A stretch of DNA of 64,000 nucleotides from Candidatus Omnitrophota bacterium (GCA_030692045.1 JAUYCX010000119.1:25688-89687), one strand, 5' to 3'; positions 1 to 9,353 are shown, numbered from the stretch's first letter. The notes: a model not told the origin generated them from the sequence alone. Numbers and translations are program-made.

Positions 1-1
1 T

Positions 2-394
2 GTTGTTTCAACTCAGGATCAAGCAAAGCAAATTCTAATCGAGGCGCTTAAGGGAGGGGATTTTGCCAGCCTGGCTACCCAATATTCCAAAAGTCCTTCT
101 GCTTCCAAAGGGGGCGATTTAGGGTTTATTGCGCAAGCGAAATTTCCTCAGCTGGATGCAGTGCTTTCTACTTTAGAGGTGGGAGGGATTAGTAATGTAG
201 TTAAAGGTCCGGATGGTTTTTATATTGTAAAATTAGAGGAGAGAAAGGGCGGAAAGGAAAAGCCCCTTTCAGATGTTTGGGATGAAATTAAGGAAGGCCT
301 AACAGTTATGAAACAAAGTCAGAAACTCCAAGATTACATTACTAAGTTAAAACAAAACGCAAAGATTGAAATACACGAGGACCTTTTAAGATAA
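2..394 (+). CDS. PpiC/parvulin-type peptidyl-prolyl isomerase (PrsA/SurA-like foldase), 5'-truncated
   Basis: Frame +2 is open from the window start: GGDFASLATQYSKSPSASKGGDLGFI...ISNVVKGPDGFYIVKLEERK is the rotamase signature; stop at 394. Confidence 0.85.
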   Translation, partial: VVSTQDQAKQILIEALKGGDFASLATQYSKSPSASKGGDLGFIAQAKFPQLDAVLSTLEVGGISNVVKGPDGFYIVKLEERKGGKEKPLSDVWDEIKEGLTVMKQSQKLQDYITKLKQNAKIEIHEDLLR

Positions 395-413
395 GGCAAA
401 TTTAGTATTAGTA

Positions 414-1310
414 ATGGAAAAAAACAAAATTAGAGTACTAATTATTGCAGGCGTAATGGCGCTTTTGGCTGCAGTACTTATGTTTTTATATCTTCAACAA
501 GAAAAGGCTAAAATTGAATCTGACAAACCCGTTATGCCGGCAGCTGAAGAGGTTTCCATCTTGCAAGCCACAAAGGATATTTCTCGAGGACAAATTGTAG
601 AAAAGAACGCAGTGGTTTTTAAAAAAATCCCGGTAAATTTTATCCAGCCAGGGGCAATCAGCAATTTAGATGCGGCAGTAGGTAAAATAGCTTTGGTAGA
701 TATTTTATCAGGCGAGCAAATTACTACCACCAAGCTTGCTAATCCTGCCACTTCCTTAACTGCGAGTAGCAGTGCATCAACCTTGTCTATGATGACCCCT
801 CCTGGCAAAAGGGCAATCACCATCTCCATTGAGCCCTTAATGGCAGTGGGTGGTATGGTTAGGCCCGGAGACTATGTGGATGTTTTAGCAAACTTTCCTC
901 TGCCACAAGAAGTAGGCGGTAAACAGACTGTTCAATTAGTCACGGTTACACTTTTTCAGAATGTATTAATTTTAGCAGTGGGTACCCAAATAAGAGGGCC
1001 GACCAGCCGAGGCGCCAAACAAGATACAACTGTTTCGCCAGAACAGAATACTATTACTGTAGCTTTATCTCCACAAGAAGCAGAATTAATTAGTTTTGCC
1101 CAGGAGCAGGGTAAATTAAGATTGATTCTGCGTCCACCTTTAGATACACAAACACAAGCATTACCTCCTGCCACAGCTGAGGCTTTATGGCAGCATATTT
1201 TATCTACTCAAGGCTTGCAAATGCAGATGTCCACAGAAGAATCCCAGCCAGTAAGCGTTGAAAAAAAACCCTCTTCTTCAGTGGAGGTTTATCGGGGAGG
1301 CAAAAGGTGA
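414..1310 (+). CDS. cpaB: Flp pilus assembly protein CpaB/RcpC
   Basis: N-terminal TM; SAF domain (ATKDISRGQIV); PGKRAITI...VGGMVRPGDYVDVL; LFQNVLILAVG; ITVALSPQEAELI...GKLRLILR. Confidence 0.93.
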   Translation: MEKNKIRVLIIAGVMALLAAVLMFLYLQQEKAKIESDKPVMPAAEEVSILQATKDISRGQIVEKNAVVFKKIPVNFIQPGAISNLDAAVGKIALVDILSGEQITTTKLANPATSLTASSSASTLSMMTPPGKRAITISIEPLMAVGGMVRPGDYVDVLANFPLPQEVGGKQTVQLVTVTLFQNVLILAVGTQIRGPTSRGAKQDTTVSPEQNTITVALSPQEAELISFAQEQGKLRLILRPPLDTQTQALPPATAEALWQHILSTQGLQMQMSTEESQPVSVEKKPSSSVEVYRGGKR

Positions 1311-3010
1311 GTATTAAGTGTTCTAAAAGAGTTCTCTTTTTATTTTTCTTAGGGCTAATTTTACAGTTTTTAATTTTTAGTCAAAAGGCCTTTTCTGCTA
1401 TTGATTTTACTATTGATTCCACATTAGAAGATAGGGATTTAGAATTTATTGTAGGAGAGGTCCAGACTGTTAAGGCATCAACGCCAACAAGGGTGGCTGT
1501 GGCTGACCCTAACATTGCAGATGTAGATAAGGTTGAAGGGGATGATATTGTACTATCAGCAAAAAAAGCCGGCACAACACTTCTTACTATTTGGGATAAA
1601 TACGGCCAGAAGTCAATTGGTATCAGGGTCTATGCAGAGAATTTAGAAAATCTGCAAAACCGGCTTAAAAAACTTCTGGCTAATTTCAAGATACAAAATT
1701 TATCCATTAAGACGAGCAGGGAAGAAGGAAAGATAATTTTAAATGGCCAAATTCTTTCCGACGATAAAAAACTGTTAGACACTGTGCTGGAGACTTTTTC
1801 TGATAGGATAATAAACCTTATACAGCCCATAGACCAAACAGATATTGTGCAAATTGATGTGCAGGTTTTGGAATTAACCAAATCTGCCACAGAGGAATTA
1901 GGCATTAGTTGGCTTTCGGCTTTGCAAGTTAGAGAAGAGCCGTATTCTTCTTCTACCTCTACAACCTCAGGGATTACAACTACCCTGAACAAGATAGATA
2001 CTTTTGCTAAAGCTTTTAGAGTAGTTGATTGGAGTCGTGATGCCTTAACCGCGAAGTTAAATATGCTAATTTCTCAAGGCAAAGGCAAGGTTTTATCTCG
2101 GCCAAAGTTAGTTTGTTTAAGCGGCAAAGAAGCAGAATTTCTTGTGGGTGGAGAGATTCCTATTATTACAACCACCACTAGCGTGGGAGGCAATGTCGCT
2201 ACCCATGTTCTGTTTAGAAAATATGGGGTTAACCTTAAGGTTAAGCCTGTGGTAAGAAATGATGATATTGATACTACAATATACACAGAGGTTAGTGATG
2301 TAGATTGGGGAAATGCTGTAACTGTTTCTGGCGCTAGAATTCCAGCCTTTGCTTCCAGGAGCGCCACTACACAGGTGTATTTAAAAGATGGCCAAAGTGT
2401 ATTTTTAGCTGGTTTAATCAAGAATAAGGACTCAACCAACATTGGTGGCATCCCAGTATTAAAGGATATTCCTTTTTTAGGAGCAATGTTTAGGTCAAAG
2501 AGCATTTCTAACGCAGATACAGAATTAGTTATTTGCCTAACCCCCACAATTGTTAAAACTGGTAAAAGACCCACGACAATCGGTACACAAAATTTAAGTG
2601 CAGTTCCTCCGATACATCTTCCCATCCCTGCAGCTGAAGATGAGGCGCAGGCTATCTTAGAAGCGCCCATAGACACAGTTGAACTTGTTCCTTTCAAAAA
2701 TGAAGATTTTTCAGACAGTAGGCTTAGTTACGCAAGAAGCGTGCAAGAAAAAATTGCCCAAGCTATTGTCTTTCCTGGGGAGGCAAAAATAAATAACTGG
2801 GAGGGAATGGTTAAACTTACCTTGCATATACTTTCCGACGGAAGTTTAATTTCAGCTTCCATAAAAGAATCTTCAGGTATTGATGTCCTTGATGAGAGTG
2901 CCCAAGTCACAGCCAAGAAACAAGCTCCTTTCACTGCCTTTCCCTTAGATATTACAACTGCAGAACTATCCATCGATGTTGCGGTAATTTATAAATTAGA
3001 TTCTAAATAA
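1307..3010 (+). CDS. cpaC: Tad secretin CpaC/RcpA with a C-terminal TonB/TolA-C domain
   Basis: GTG start overlapping the cpaB stop; signal peptide (AFSA); pilus-formation N domain (RVAVADPNIADV); secretin motifs SRPKLVCLSGKEAEFLVGGEIP and GIPVLKDIPFLGAMFRS...TELVICLTPTIV; TonB_C-like tail. Confidence 0.9.
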   Translation: MSIKCSKRVLFLFFLGLILQFLIFSQKAFSAIDFTIDSTLEDRDLEFIVGEVQTVKASTPTRVAVADPNIADVDKVEGDDIVLSAKKAGTTLLTIWDKYGQKSIGIRVYAENLENLQNRLKKLLANFKIQNLSIKTSREEGKIILNGQILSDDKKLLDTVLETFSDRIINLIQPIDQTDIVQIDVQVLELTKSATEELGISWLSALQVREEPYSSSTSTTSGITTTLNKIDTFAKAFRVVDWSRDALTAKLNMLISQGKGKVLSRPKLVCLSGKEAEFLVGGEIPIITTTTSVGGNVATHVLFRKYGVNLKVKPVVRNDDIDTTIYTEVSDVDWGNAVTVSGARIPAFASRSATTQVYLKDGQSVFLAGLIKNKDSTNIGGIPVLKDIPFLGAMFRSKSISNADTELVICLTPTIVKTGKRPTTIGTQNLSAVPPIHLPIPAAEDEAQAILEAPIDTVELVPFKNEDFSDSRLSYARSVQEKIAQAIVFPGEAKINNWEGMVKLTLHILSDGSLISASIKESSGIDVLDESAQVTAKKQAPFTAFPLDITTAELSIDVAVIYKLDSK

Positions 3011-3011
3011 G

Positions 3012-5168
3012 ATGAAATCCAGAACCATTGCTTTCTTTAGCAATAAAGGAGGAGTAGGCAAAACCTTTATTGCGGTTAACTTGGCTGTGGCGCTTGCCAA
3101 GGAAAGAAAAAAGGTCTTGCTAATTGATTTGGATTTTCATGCTGGCCAGGATATGGCCAGGATGTTAAATATCTCTCCTAAGATTAGCTTAGCAGATATC
3201 CTGCCTGATTTAGAAGAAAAATTAGAAAAACCAGAGGCAATTAAAGAAAATTGCGTAGCCCATTCCTCAGGTGTAGACCTAATTACCGGGATTATCCGGC
3301 CCAGACAAGTTTCCCAGATAACTGCGCAAGGCGTGGGTGTATTCTTAAACAAGGCTTGTTTAATTTATGATTACATATTAGTGGATGTTGGCTTGGCATT
3401 TAGCGAAACCTTAATTACGGTTTTTGACCATTCTAACCTAATTATTTTGATACTCACCCCGGATATTCTGGCAGTGTATCAAGCCAAAGGTAGTTTAGAG
3501 ATTTTGCAGGGTTTACATTTTCCCTTAAAAATGGTTAGAGTCATTTTGAATAGAGCCGGGAGTAAGGGCGGGGTTACTTGGCAGGAAGTGCGCTCTGTGC
3601 TTCCCTGCGAGATATTTGCAACTATTCCTTCTGAGGGTAAAGTTGTGGGTTTGGCATTAAACCGGGGCGTGCCGGTAGTAATTGATAGTCCTAAAACCAA
3701 GGTTTCCGAGTCATTCAAGAAATTAGCCAGGGATGTTTTAGATCCGGAAATTTTTATAGAGCCGCAGGAGCTTTCGCAGCTACGTACAACGCAAGAATCT
3801 CTCCCCACAGAAGAGCTTTGGGAAAAATTTGCTTTGTTTGAGCCCATAGAAAGAGACAAGGCTTATTTTGAGGAAGAAAAGGACGAAATAACAAAACTAA
3901 AGAAAAAGATTCACGACCAATTGTTAAGTAAGATGGATTTAAGAAGAATGGATTTTGCAGTTCATTTTGATCCTGTTCGGTCAAAGGAGTTAAGAATAAA
4001 TACTGAAAAGGCGATTGCCGAGCTTTTGGCTGAACAAACCGGAGCGCTGCTTACCTCTTTTGAGGTGCGCAGCCGCCTGATTAAAGAAATCACTGACGAG
4101 GCAGTTGGTTTAGGGCCATTGGAGGAACTTATTGCTGACCCAGACATATCAGATATTATGGTCAACAACAAGGACGAAGTTTATATTGAGCGCCTTGGCA
4201 AGATTGAATTAACCAATAAAAAATTTATCTCCAATGAACAGGTGCGCTCAGTTATTGAGAAGATAATTGCGCCCTTAGGCAGAAGAATAGATGAGTCTGT
4301 GCCAATGGTTGATGCCAGGCTTCCTGATGGCTCGCGTATAAATGCAATTATTCCACCGCTTTCTTTGGGTGGGCCAATACTTACAATCAGAAAGTTTGGC
4401 AAGGAACGTTTAACAATGAATGACCTTTTAACGCATTTCAAAAGTCTATCCCAACCTATGGCAGAATTTTTAAAGGCTTGTGTTTTGTCTCGAAAAAATA
4501 TCATTATTTCAGGCGGAGCCGGTTCAGGTAAGACTACACTTTTGAATATACTTTCTTCCTTTATCCTTGAGAATGAGCGCATAATTACAATTGAGGATGC
4601 TGCTGAGCTTAAGCTTAAACAAAACCACTGGGTTCGATTGGAATCAAGGTCACCCAATATTGAAGGTAAGGGTGCAATTACTGCTCGGGACCTATTTATT
4701 AATACCCTGCGTATGCGGCCTGATAGAATTATCATTGGTGAATGCCGCGGAGCAGAGGTTCAGGATATGCTTCAGGCAATGAATACCGGCCATGACGGTT
4801 CATTATCCACAATTCACGCTAACTCCACCCACGATGCTATTGCCAGGTTAGATTCTATGATTTTGATGAGCGGTTTAGAGCTTCCTTTAAGGGCAATCCG
4901 CGAGGCTATCACCTCGGCAATTGACATTGTTGTGCATACAGCCAGACTCTCAGATGGCTCAAGAAAGCTCATTCAAATAACTGAAATTGCTGGTATGCTG
5001 GATGAAACACACCCTAATCTTAAGGATATTTTTATGTTTGTGCAAACCGGTGTGGATGAGAAGGGTAAGGTATTAGGTGAATTTAAGGCAACCGGCTACA
5101 TTCCTAGCTTTTTTGAAGACCTTAAGGCACACGGAATTTCTTTATCTGCTGAGGTATTTAAATCCTAA
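3012..5168 (+). CDS. cpaF: Fused CpaE/TadZ (MinD-like) - CpaF/TadA pilus ATPase
   Basis: N-terminal deviant Walker A KGGVGKT and IDLDF; C-terminal TadA motifs GLGPLEELIADPDISDIMVN, DARLPDGSRINA, GGAGSGKTT, LRMRPDRIIIGECRG, AMNTGHDGSLSTIHAN. Confidence 0.93.
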   Translation: MKSRTIAFFSNKGGVGKTFIAVNLAVALAKERKKVLLIDLDFHAGQDMARMLNISPKISLADILPDLEEKLEKPEAIKENCVAHSSGVDLITGIIRPRQVSQITAQGVGVFLNKACLIYDYILVDVGLAFSETLITVFDHSNLIILILTPDILAVYQAKGSLEILQGLHFPLKMVRVILNRAGSKGGVTWQEVRSVLPCEIFATIPSEGKVVGLALNRGVPVVIDSPKTKVSESFKKLARDVLDPEIFIEPQELSQLRTTQESLPTEELWEKFALFEPIERDKAYFEEEKDEITKLKKKIHDQLLSKMDLRRMDFAVHFDPVRSKELRINTEKAIAELLAEQTGALLTSFEVRSRLIKEITDEAVGLGPLEELIADPDISDIMVNNKDEVYIERLGKIELTNKKFISNEQVRSVIEKIIAPLGRRIDESVPMVDARLPDGSRINAIIPPLSLGGPILTIRKFGKERLTMNDLLTHFKSLSQPMAEFLKACVLSRKNIIISGGAGSGKTTLLNILSSFILENERIITIEDAAELKLKQNHWVRLESRSPNIEGKGAITARDLFINTLRMRPDRIIIGECRGAEVQDMLQAMNTGHDGSLSTIHANSTHDAIARLDSMILMSGLELPLRAIREAITSAIDIVVHTARLSDGSRKLIQITEIAGMLDETHPNLKDIFMFVQTGVDEKGKVLGEFKATGYIPSFFEDLKAHGISLSAEVFKS

Positions 5169-5171
5169 ATA

Positions 5172-5513
5172 ATGAGAGCTATAAATATTAGCCAGGGTAC
5201 AACGCTTGCGCAAAAACTGGATGTTGCGGATAATTTTTTTACGAGATTAAAAGGGCTTTTGGGTGAGAAAGAATTAGCCAAAGGCAATGGACTTTTAATT
5301 AAATCTTGCAATTCCATTCATACATTTTTTATGCGCTTTGCCATTGACGCTATTTTTGTGGATAAAAATAATAAGGTAGTAGGATTAGTTAAAAATCTTA
5401 AGCCATTTAGGCTAAGCCCTATCTTTTTTAATGCCTCTTTTGTCATAGAACTTCCTTGTCAAACCATTGCAGAAACCCATACCCAAATCGGCGACTATAT
5501 TTCTCTCCTTTAA
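5172..5513 (+). CDS. DUF192 family protein
   Basis: ADNFFTRLKGLLG...GLLI..CNSIHTFFMRFAIDAIFVD...VIELP, typical of DUF192, which often accompanies tad loci. Confidence 0.85.
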   Translation: MRAINISQGTTLAQKLDVADNFFTRLKGLLGEKELAKGNGLLIKSCNSIHTFFMRFAIDAIFVDKNNKVVGLVKNLKPFRLSPIFFNASFVIELPCQTIAETHTQIGDYISLL

Positions 5514-5515
5514 TA

Positions 5516-5603
5516 GGGACACATCCCATTTATTTTTTTGTTGGCCTTCCTCTACCTTTACTACTGATAGTTAAACTAGGTCAAGAAAAATGGGATGTGT
5601 CCC
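5516..5603. repeat. Inverted pair of REP-like elements (REPIN-like doublet)
   Basis: GGGACACATCCCATTT at 5516-5531 and its exact reverse complement at 5588-5603. Confidence 0.85.
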
Positions 5604-5613
5604 TAACTAACCC

Positions 5614-5649
5614 AAAAAAATACCCGCCATCGTTAAAGATAGCGGGTAT
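5614..5649 (-). terminator. Intrinsic terminator of the 5666-6436 gene
   Basis: ATACCCGC/GCGGGTAT stem, with an A7 run on + that reads as a U-tract on -; lies just downstream of the stop at 5666. Confidence 0.75.
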
Positions 5650-5665
5650 GGCTGTGATAAGTTTA

Positions 5666-6436
5666 TTAAGGCGCTACAAATTCCACAGTAACTTTCTTTT
5701 CTGCAAAGTGTGTGCTTGGTGCGTTTTCAAGGGCACGTACCACCAGTTCAAATTTATCACCACTTGAGCCCTGAGGTGCATCAATTGTCAGTCTTCCATG
5801 AGGAAAAGCAGGGTTACCATCATCTGCATATCTTATAATGCTTGGAATTTGTCCTGCTACTAAGATATACCCCTGTTCATTGAGCTGCAATCCTTCAAGG
5901 ACAATAGCCTGTTCCTGATGCTGTCCTTCCCTGACTCTAATGTAGGTGGTTAAAGTATCATTAAGCCTGATACCTTGATTAAGGGTTCCAGTTGCAGGAA
6001 TGATTTTGACTGGTATTTCAGCAGTTTGTGTATTGTGGGGGTCGCCGTCTCTGGCCGCAACTGAAATAACATAATTACCCGTTTGTGGCGCATACCCAGA
6101 GATATAAATAGCCACTACGACAGAGGCATATCCAGGAGAGTTTACCGGCGCTAAAACCTCAGCGTAAGTGCCAAAGCTTGAAGCATTGACAGATAATGTT
6201 AAATCATCGCCATCAAAATCTTTTGCTGTAATTGCCACAAATTCTGTGCTCCCTGCTGCTGATTGTTTGAATTCGTAACTACGAATATTATCAATTATCG
6301 GCGCTGTTGGGTTTAAGGTTCTGCCGCCGCCACCGCCGCCTTCATCTGGTGGTTCAGATATAGGCATCAAGGCAAATCCATTCGCGGCATATGATAGAAC
6401 AAACAAAATAGAGATTAGAATTAAAAGCTTTTTCAT
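5666..6436 (-). CDS. Secreted protein with cadherin-like/Ig-like beta-sandwich domain(s)
   Basis: Strong SD AAGGAGG; signal peptide MKKLLILISILFVLSYAANGFA; Gly6 linker; APII...ITAKDFDGDDLTLS...GNYVISVAARDG cadherin-like pattern. Confidence 0.7.
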   Translation of the reverse strand: MKKLLILISILFVLSYAANGFALMPISEPPDEGGGGGGRTLNPTAPIIDNIRSYEFKQSAAGSTEFVAITAKDFDGDDLTLSVNASSFGTYAEVLAPVNSPGYASVVVAIYISGYAPQTGNYVISVAARDGDPHNTQTAEIPVKIIPATGTLNQGIRLNDTLTTYIRVREGQHQEQAIVLEGLQLNEQGYILVAGQIPSIIRYADDGNPAFPHGRLTIDAPQGSSGDKFELVVRALENAPSTHFAEKKVTVEFVAP

Positions 6437-6622
6437 TTTCCCCTCCTTCTAAGAATTATTAACTTTTTTCTTTAAACCTAACTCTTAAAATTATGCAAAT
6501 TATTTTTAATAGACATCACCTCCTTAAAGTTTCGCTTAATCATTTATGCAAAAAGTATAACATAGGCAAACCCATTTTCAAGGCGTAAACAGGCATTCTC
6601 AGAAAGCGGTTTCCTTTTAATA

Positions 6623-7360
6623 GGGACACATCCCATTTTTCTTGACCAATTAAACCTTTAATGCTAAAATTCTTCTATGCCACGCATAGCAAGAATAGTC
6701 GGTGTTGGGTATCCTCACCATATAATTCAAAGGGGTAATAACCGTCAGCAAATATTTTTTGATAATACAGATAAGCAGTTTTATTTGGATTTGCTTCAAA
6801 AGTACAGCCAGGAGTGTGGCTGTAAGATAAATGCCTTTTGTCTCATGGATAACCATGTTCATATATTGGCCATCCCAAACAAAAAAGATTCTCTGGCAAA
6901 AACCATGCAAAAGCTAAGTCTTAGATATACCCAGTACATTAATAAAAAGTATAATAGAACAGGTAGATTATGGGAATGCAGATTTCATTCTTGTTTGGTT
7001 GACAAAGATGAATATCTTTGGTCAGTTTGCAGGTATATAGAGAGTAATCCTTTGCGCTCGAAGTTAGTCAGCAAAGTAGACGATTATAAGTGGTCTAGTG
7101 CAAAGACCAATGTTTCTTTAAAAGGTGGATTTAGTTTTGTTGAACCGATATGGAAAAGCTATGTTGACCGAGATGAATATATAAAATTTTTGAATAAGCA
7201 GGATGATGAACAAGAGATAGAACGAATAAGAAAAGCTACATATAGTGGCAAACCCTTAGGCAAAAAAATTTTTCTTGAAGAAATAAGTGAAAAGCTTAGT
7301 GTTGTTATCAGTAATAGAGATAGAGGAAGGCCAACAAAGAAGATAAATGGGATGTGTCCC
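6623..7360. mobile_element. RAYT (REP-associated tyrosine transposase) cassette bounded by inverted REPs
   Basis: GGGACACATCCCATTT at 6623-6638 and its reverse complement at 7345-7360 bracket the transposase gene. Confidence 0.75.
6642..6670 (+). promoter_or_regulatory. Sigma70-type promoter of the RAYT gene (likely leaderless mRNA)
   Basis: TTGACC-17 bp-TAAAAT with an extended TGn; ATG starts 7 nt after the -10 and there is no SD. Confidence 0.6.
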
Positions 7361-7363
7361 TAA
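6677..7363 (+). CDS. REP-associated tyrosine transposase (Y1 HUH, IS200-like/RAYT)
   Basis: MPRIAR...HHIIQRGNNRQQIF, AFCLMDNHVHIL (HUH), RTGRLWECRF, RYIESNP, YKWSS. Confidence 0.92.
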   Translation: MPRIARIVGVGYPHHIIQRGNNRQQIFFDNTDKQFYLDLLQKYSQECGCKINAFCLMDNHVHILAIPNKKDSLAKTMQKLSLRYTQYINKKYNRTGRLWECRFHSCLVDKDEYLWSVCRYIESNPLRSKLVSKVDDYKWSSAKTNVSLKGGFSFVEPIWKSYVDRDEYIKFLNKQDDEQEIERIRKATYSGKPLGKKIFLEEISEKLSVVISNRDRGRPTKKINGMCP

Positions 7364-7375
7364 AATTAAGTTAAG

Positions 7376-7403
7376 TTGACAAAGTACATAAATGTGATAT
7401 ACT
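7376..7403 (+). promoter_or_regulatory. Sigma70-type promoter for the 7487-9280 gene
   Basis: TTGACA-16 bp-TATACT with an extended TGn. Confidence 0.6.
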
Positions 7404-7407
7404 CATG

Positions 7408-7472
7408 ATGTCCAATCTGAATGGAGTAGATTTGAAATAAAAGGGTTGTGATGAATAAATGTCCATTCTGAA
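7408..7472. repeat. Direct repeat ATGTCCAWTCTGAA x2, possible operator
   Basis: Copies at 7408-7421 and 7459-7472 (1 mismatch), between the promoter and the ATG; a partial copy at 8412-8423. Confidence 0.45.
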
Positions 7473-7486
7473 CTATGAGCTAGAAA

Positions 7487-9280
7487 ATGGGTGTAGTTTA
7501 TAAGTTAACTGATAAAGTCAAAGATTTTATAATCTCCCAAAAAAAAGCAAATCCTAACTTAAGCTGCCGTGGCTTAGCGAATATTGTAAAAAAAAGATTT
7601 CAAATTACTCTCTCCAAATCCTCCATTAATGACATAATTAAACAAGCAGGTTTGAGCAGTTCAGTTGGCATGAGGCCAAAACTACCTGGCCGACTTCTTA
7701 AGCAAGAGCCAAGAGAAGTACCTAAAATAAGTGCTGCGGAGAAAAAAGAGCTTCTAACATTTAGCCAAGAAAGAACACCTGTTTTAGAACAGCCAAAGCC
7801 TTTAGAAAAAGTAGCCGAATTCAAACCAGAAGAAAAGAAGCAGGTTGAAATTAGAAAAAATAAATGGGATGTGTCCCTAATTAAGGGATCAGCTGAAGAG
7901 CCACAACTAATTGAAATTAAAGGAGATGAGATAATAGACAATTTAGGCTTTTTCTTTTTCAAAGCAGTGGAATGGCGAATAGCAGACAAGCCAATTTTAG
8001 CAATGATTCTTAAGCCGTTTCTTTCAGCAGCTATTGCACAGGACTTAGAAATAAAAGCCCAGATTTTAGTTTATTTGTTTGCTTTTGGCTCTGCGGATTT
8101 AGAGGCAATGACAGCTTATTCAGGCAAAGGGCTTTGGCTAATAAATCAGCTCAATAATCCCCAAGCGCTTTCAGCTTTACCTGCTTTTGTGGAGTCGCTT
8201 AAAGCAATCAAGGGCTTAACCTTAGGTTTTTTGAGTGGCGTAAATCACGCCTTTACAGAGGTTAATTTCTTTAAGATTATCTTGGCAGATAACACGGTTA
8301 TTTATCTTGATGGCAAACTTCATTCTTTATGGCAGGAAGCGGATATCCCAGCAGTAATGTCGTCAACTCTTTATGAATCAAAGAGTTACATAAAGAACAT
8401 CTTCCAAGACAATGTCCAATCTGTGATTTTATTTACTGCACCGGGTTATCTTAATTTTTCAAAATCTTTCTACGAATTTGTTTATGCTTGCGAGGACAAT
8501 CCCCAAAAAAGAATGCTTAGAATTAGCTTACATAATCATCAAAAGGATGAGATTAGTGCTCCTGTAAAGATTCCTGGCCAAAAACGCTTTTTTTCAATGG
8601 GTTTTTGGCCCTGGCAAGAAGAGGGTGCCAGATTTATCCATGAGGATATACGTCTGGTAAACAGCTTTTTTTGTGAAGCCCTGGACAAAACAATTTATTT
8701 TAGTGAAATAAAGGTTAATCTACCACAATATCAATCATTCCAAGGACTTAAGATAAGAGCAGCTTTATTAAGAGACTGGGGTTTAAGTTGGCCCAGGTTG
8801 GGAGTTTTAACTAATCAGCCATTTGAAAGGCCAATGGAAGAGATAATTACGGAATATTTAACTCGCTGGCCAAATCTCGACGAGGGGTATCAGGATTTTT
8901 TAAAAAAATCTGAGAAATCTCTTTATACCCAACCTCAAAAAGCCCTGGGATTAGCAGCGCTGCAAAGTGATGAATATGCCTTGTCTTCGGGCAAGTTAGA
9001 TTTGTGGCAAAATTTGAACTATTTAGTTTCGCATCTAAATAACTTCTGCTCAAGGCATTTTTTCCCCAAAGAATACGAAAAAGCAGATTTCTCGACGCTG
9101 AAACAGAGGTTTTACAGCCTTCCCGGCAAGCTCGACAAGCGAAACAATAATCTTTCTGTTACTTTTATCCTGCCTTCTGACTATGCCTTTCAAAAAGAGC
9201 TTATGTATGCCATAAGAAGAGTTAATGAAAGTAATATAAAAGACCCTCAAAATCATAGACTTTGGCTTAAGCTCAAATAG
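7487..9280 (+). CDS. HTH protein with a degenerate DDE-transposase-like C-terminal region
   Basis: N-terminal NPNLSCRGLANIVKKRFQITLSKSSINDIIKQAG HTH; C-terminal LTN...EIITEYLTRWPNL and LKQRFYSLPGKL resemble IS4/IS1380-like C-termini; a REP copy at 7862-7877 is translated as KWDVSL. Confidence 0.55.
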   Translation: MGVVYKLTDKVKDFIISQKKANPNLSCRGLANIVKKRFQITLSKSSINDIIKQAGLSSSVGMRPKLPGRLLKQEPREVPKISAAEKKELLTFSQERTPVLEQPKPLEKVAEFKPEEKKQVEIRKNKWDVSLIKGSAEEPQLIEIKGDEIIDNLGFFFFKAVEWRIADKPILAMILKPFLSAAIAQDLEIKAQILVYLFAFGSADLEAMTAYSGKGLWLINQLNNPQALSALPAFVESLKAIKGLTLGFLSGVNHAFTEVNFFKIILADNTVIYLDGKLHSLWQEADIPAVMSSTLYESKSYIKNIFQDNVQSVILFTAPGYLNFSKSFYEFVYACEDNPQKRMLRISLHNHQKDEISAPVKIPGQKRFFSMGFWPWQEEGARFIHEDIRLVNSFFCEALDKTIYFSEIKVNLPQYQSFQGLKIRAALLRDWGLSWPRLGVLTNQPFERPMEEIITEYLTRWPNLDEGYQDFLKKSEKSLYTQPQKALGLAALQSDEYALSSGKLDLWQNLNYLVSHLNNFCSRHFFPKEYEKADFSTLKQRFYSLPGKLDKRNNNLSVTFILPSDYAFQKELMYAIRRVNESNIKDPQNHRLWLKLK

Positions 9281-9311
9281 AAACCGCTTTCTCAAATCCT
9301 AAAATTTTCTC

Positions 9312-9341
9312 TTGACGCCCATATAATATATATGTTATATT
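9312..9341 (+). promoter_or_regulatory. Sigma70-type promoter of the pilin operon
   Basis: TTGACG-18 bp-TATATT with an extended TGn, immediately upstream of the riboswitch. Confidence 0.55.
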
Positions 9342-9353
9342 TTGAGTGCAAGA

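Noticed and set aside
494-4782. Short alternative ORFs overlapping cpaB, cpaC and cpaE-F
   Set aside because: Antisense or off-frame shadows of well-supported genes.
5456-5767. 103-aa plus-strand ORF
   Set aside because: It spans the REP doublet and terminator and overlaps two real genes.
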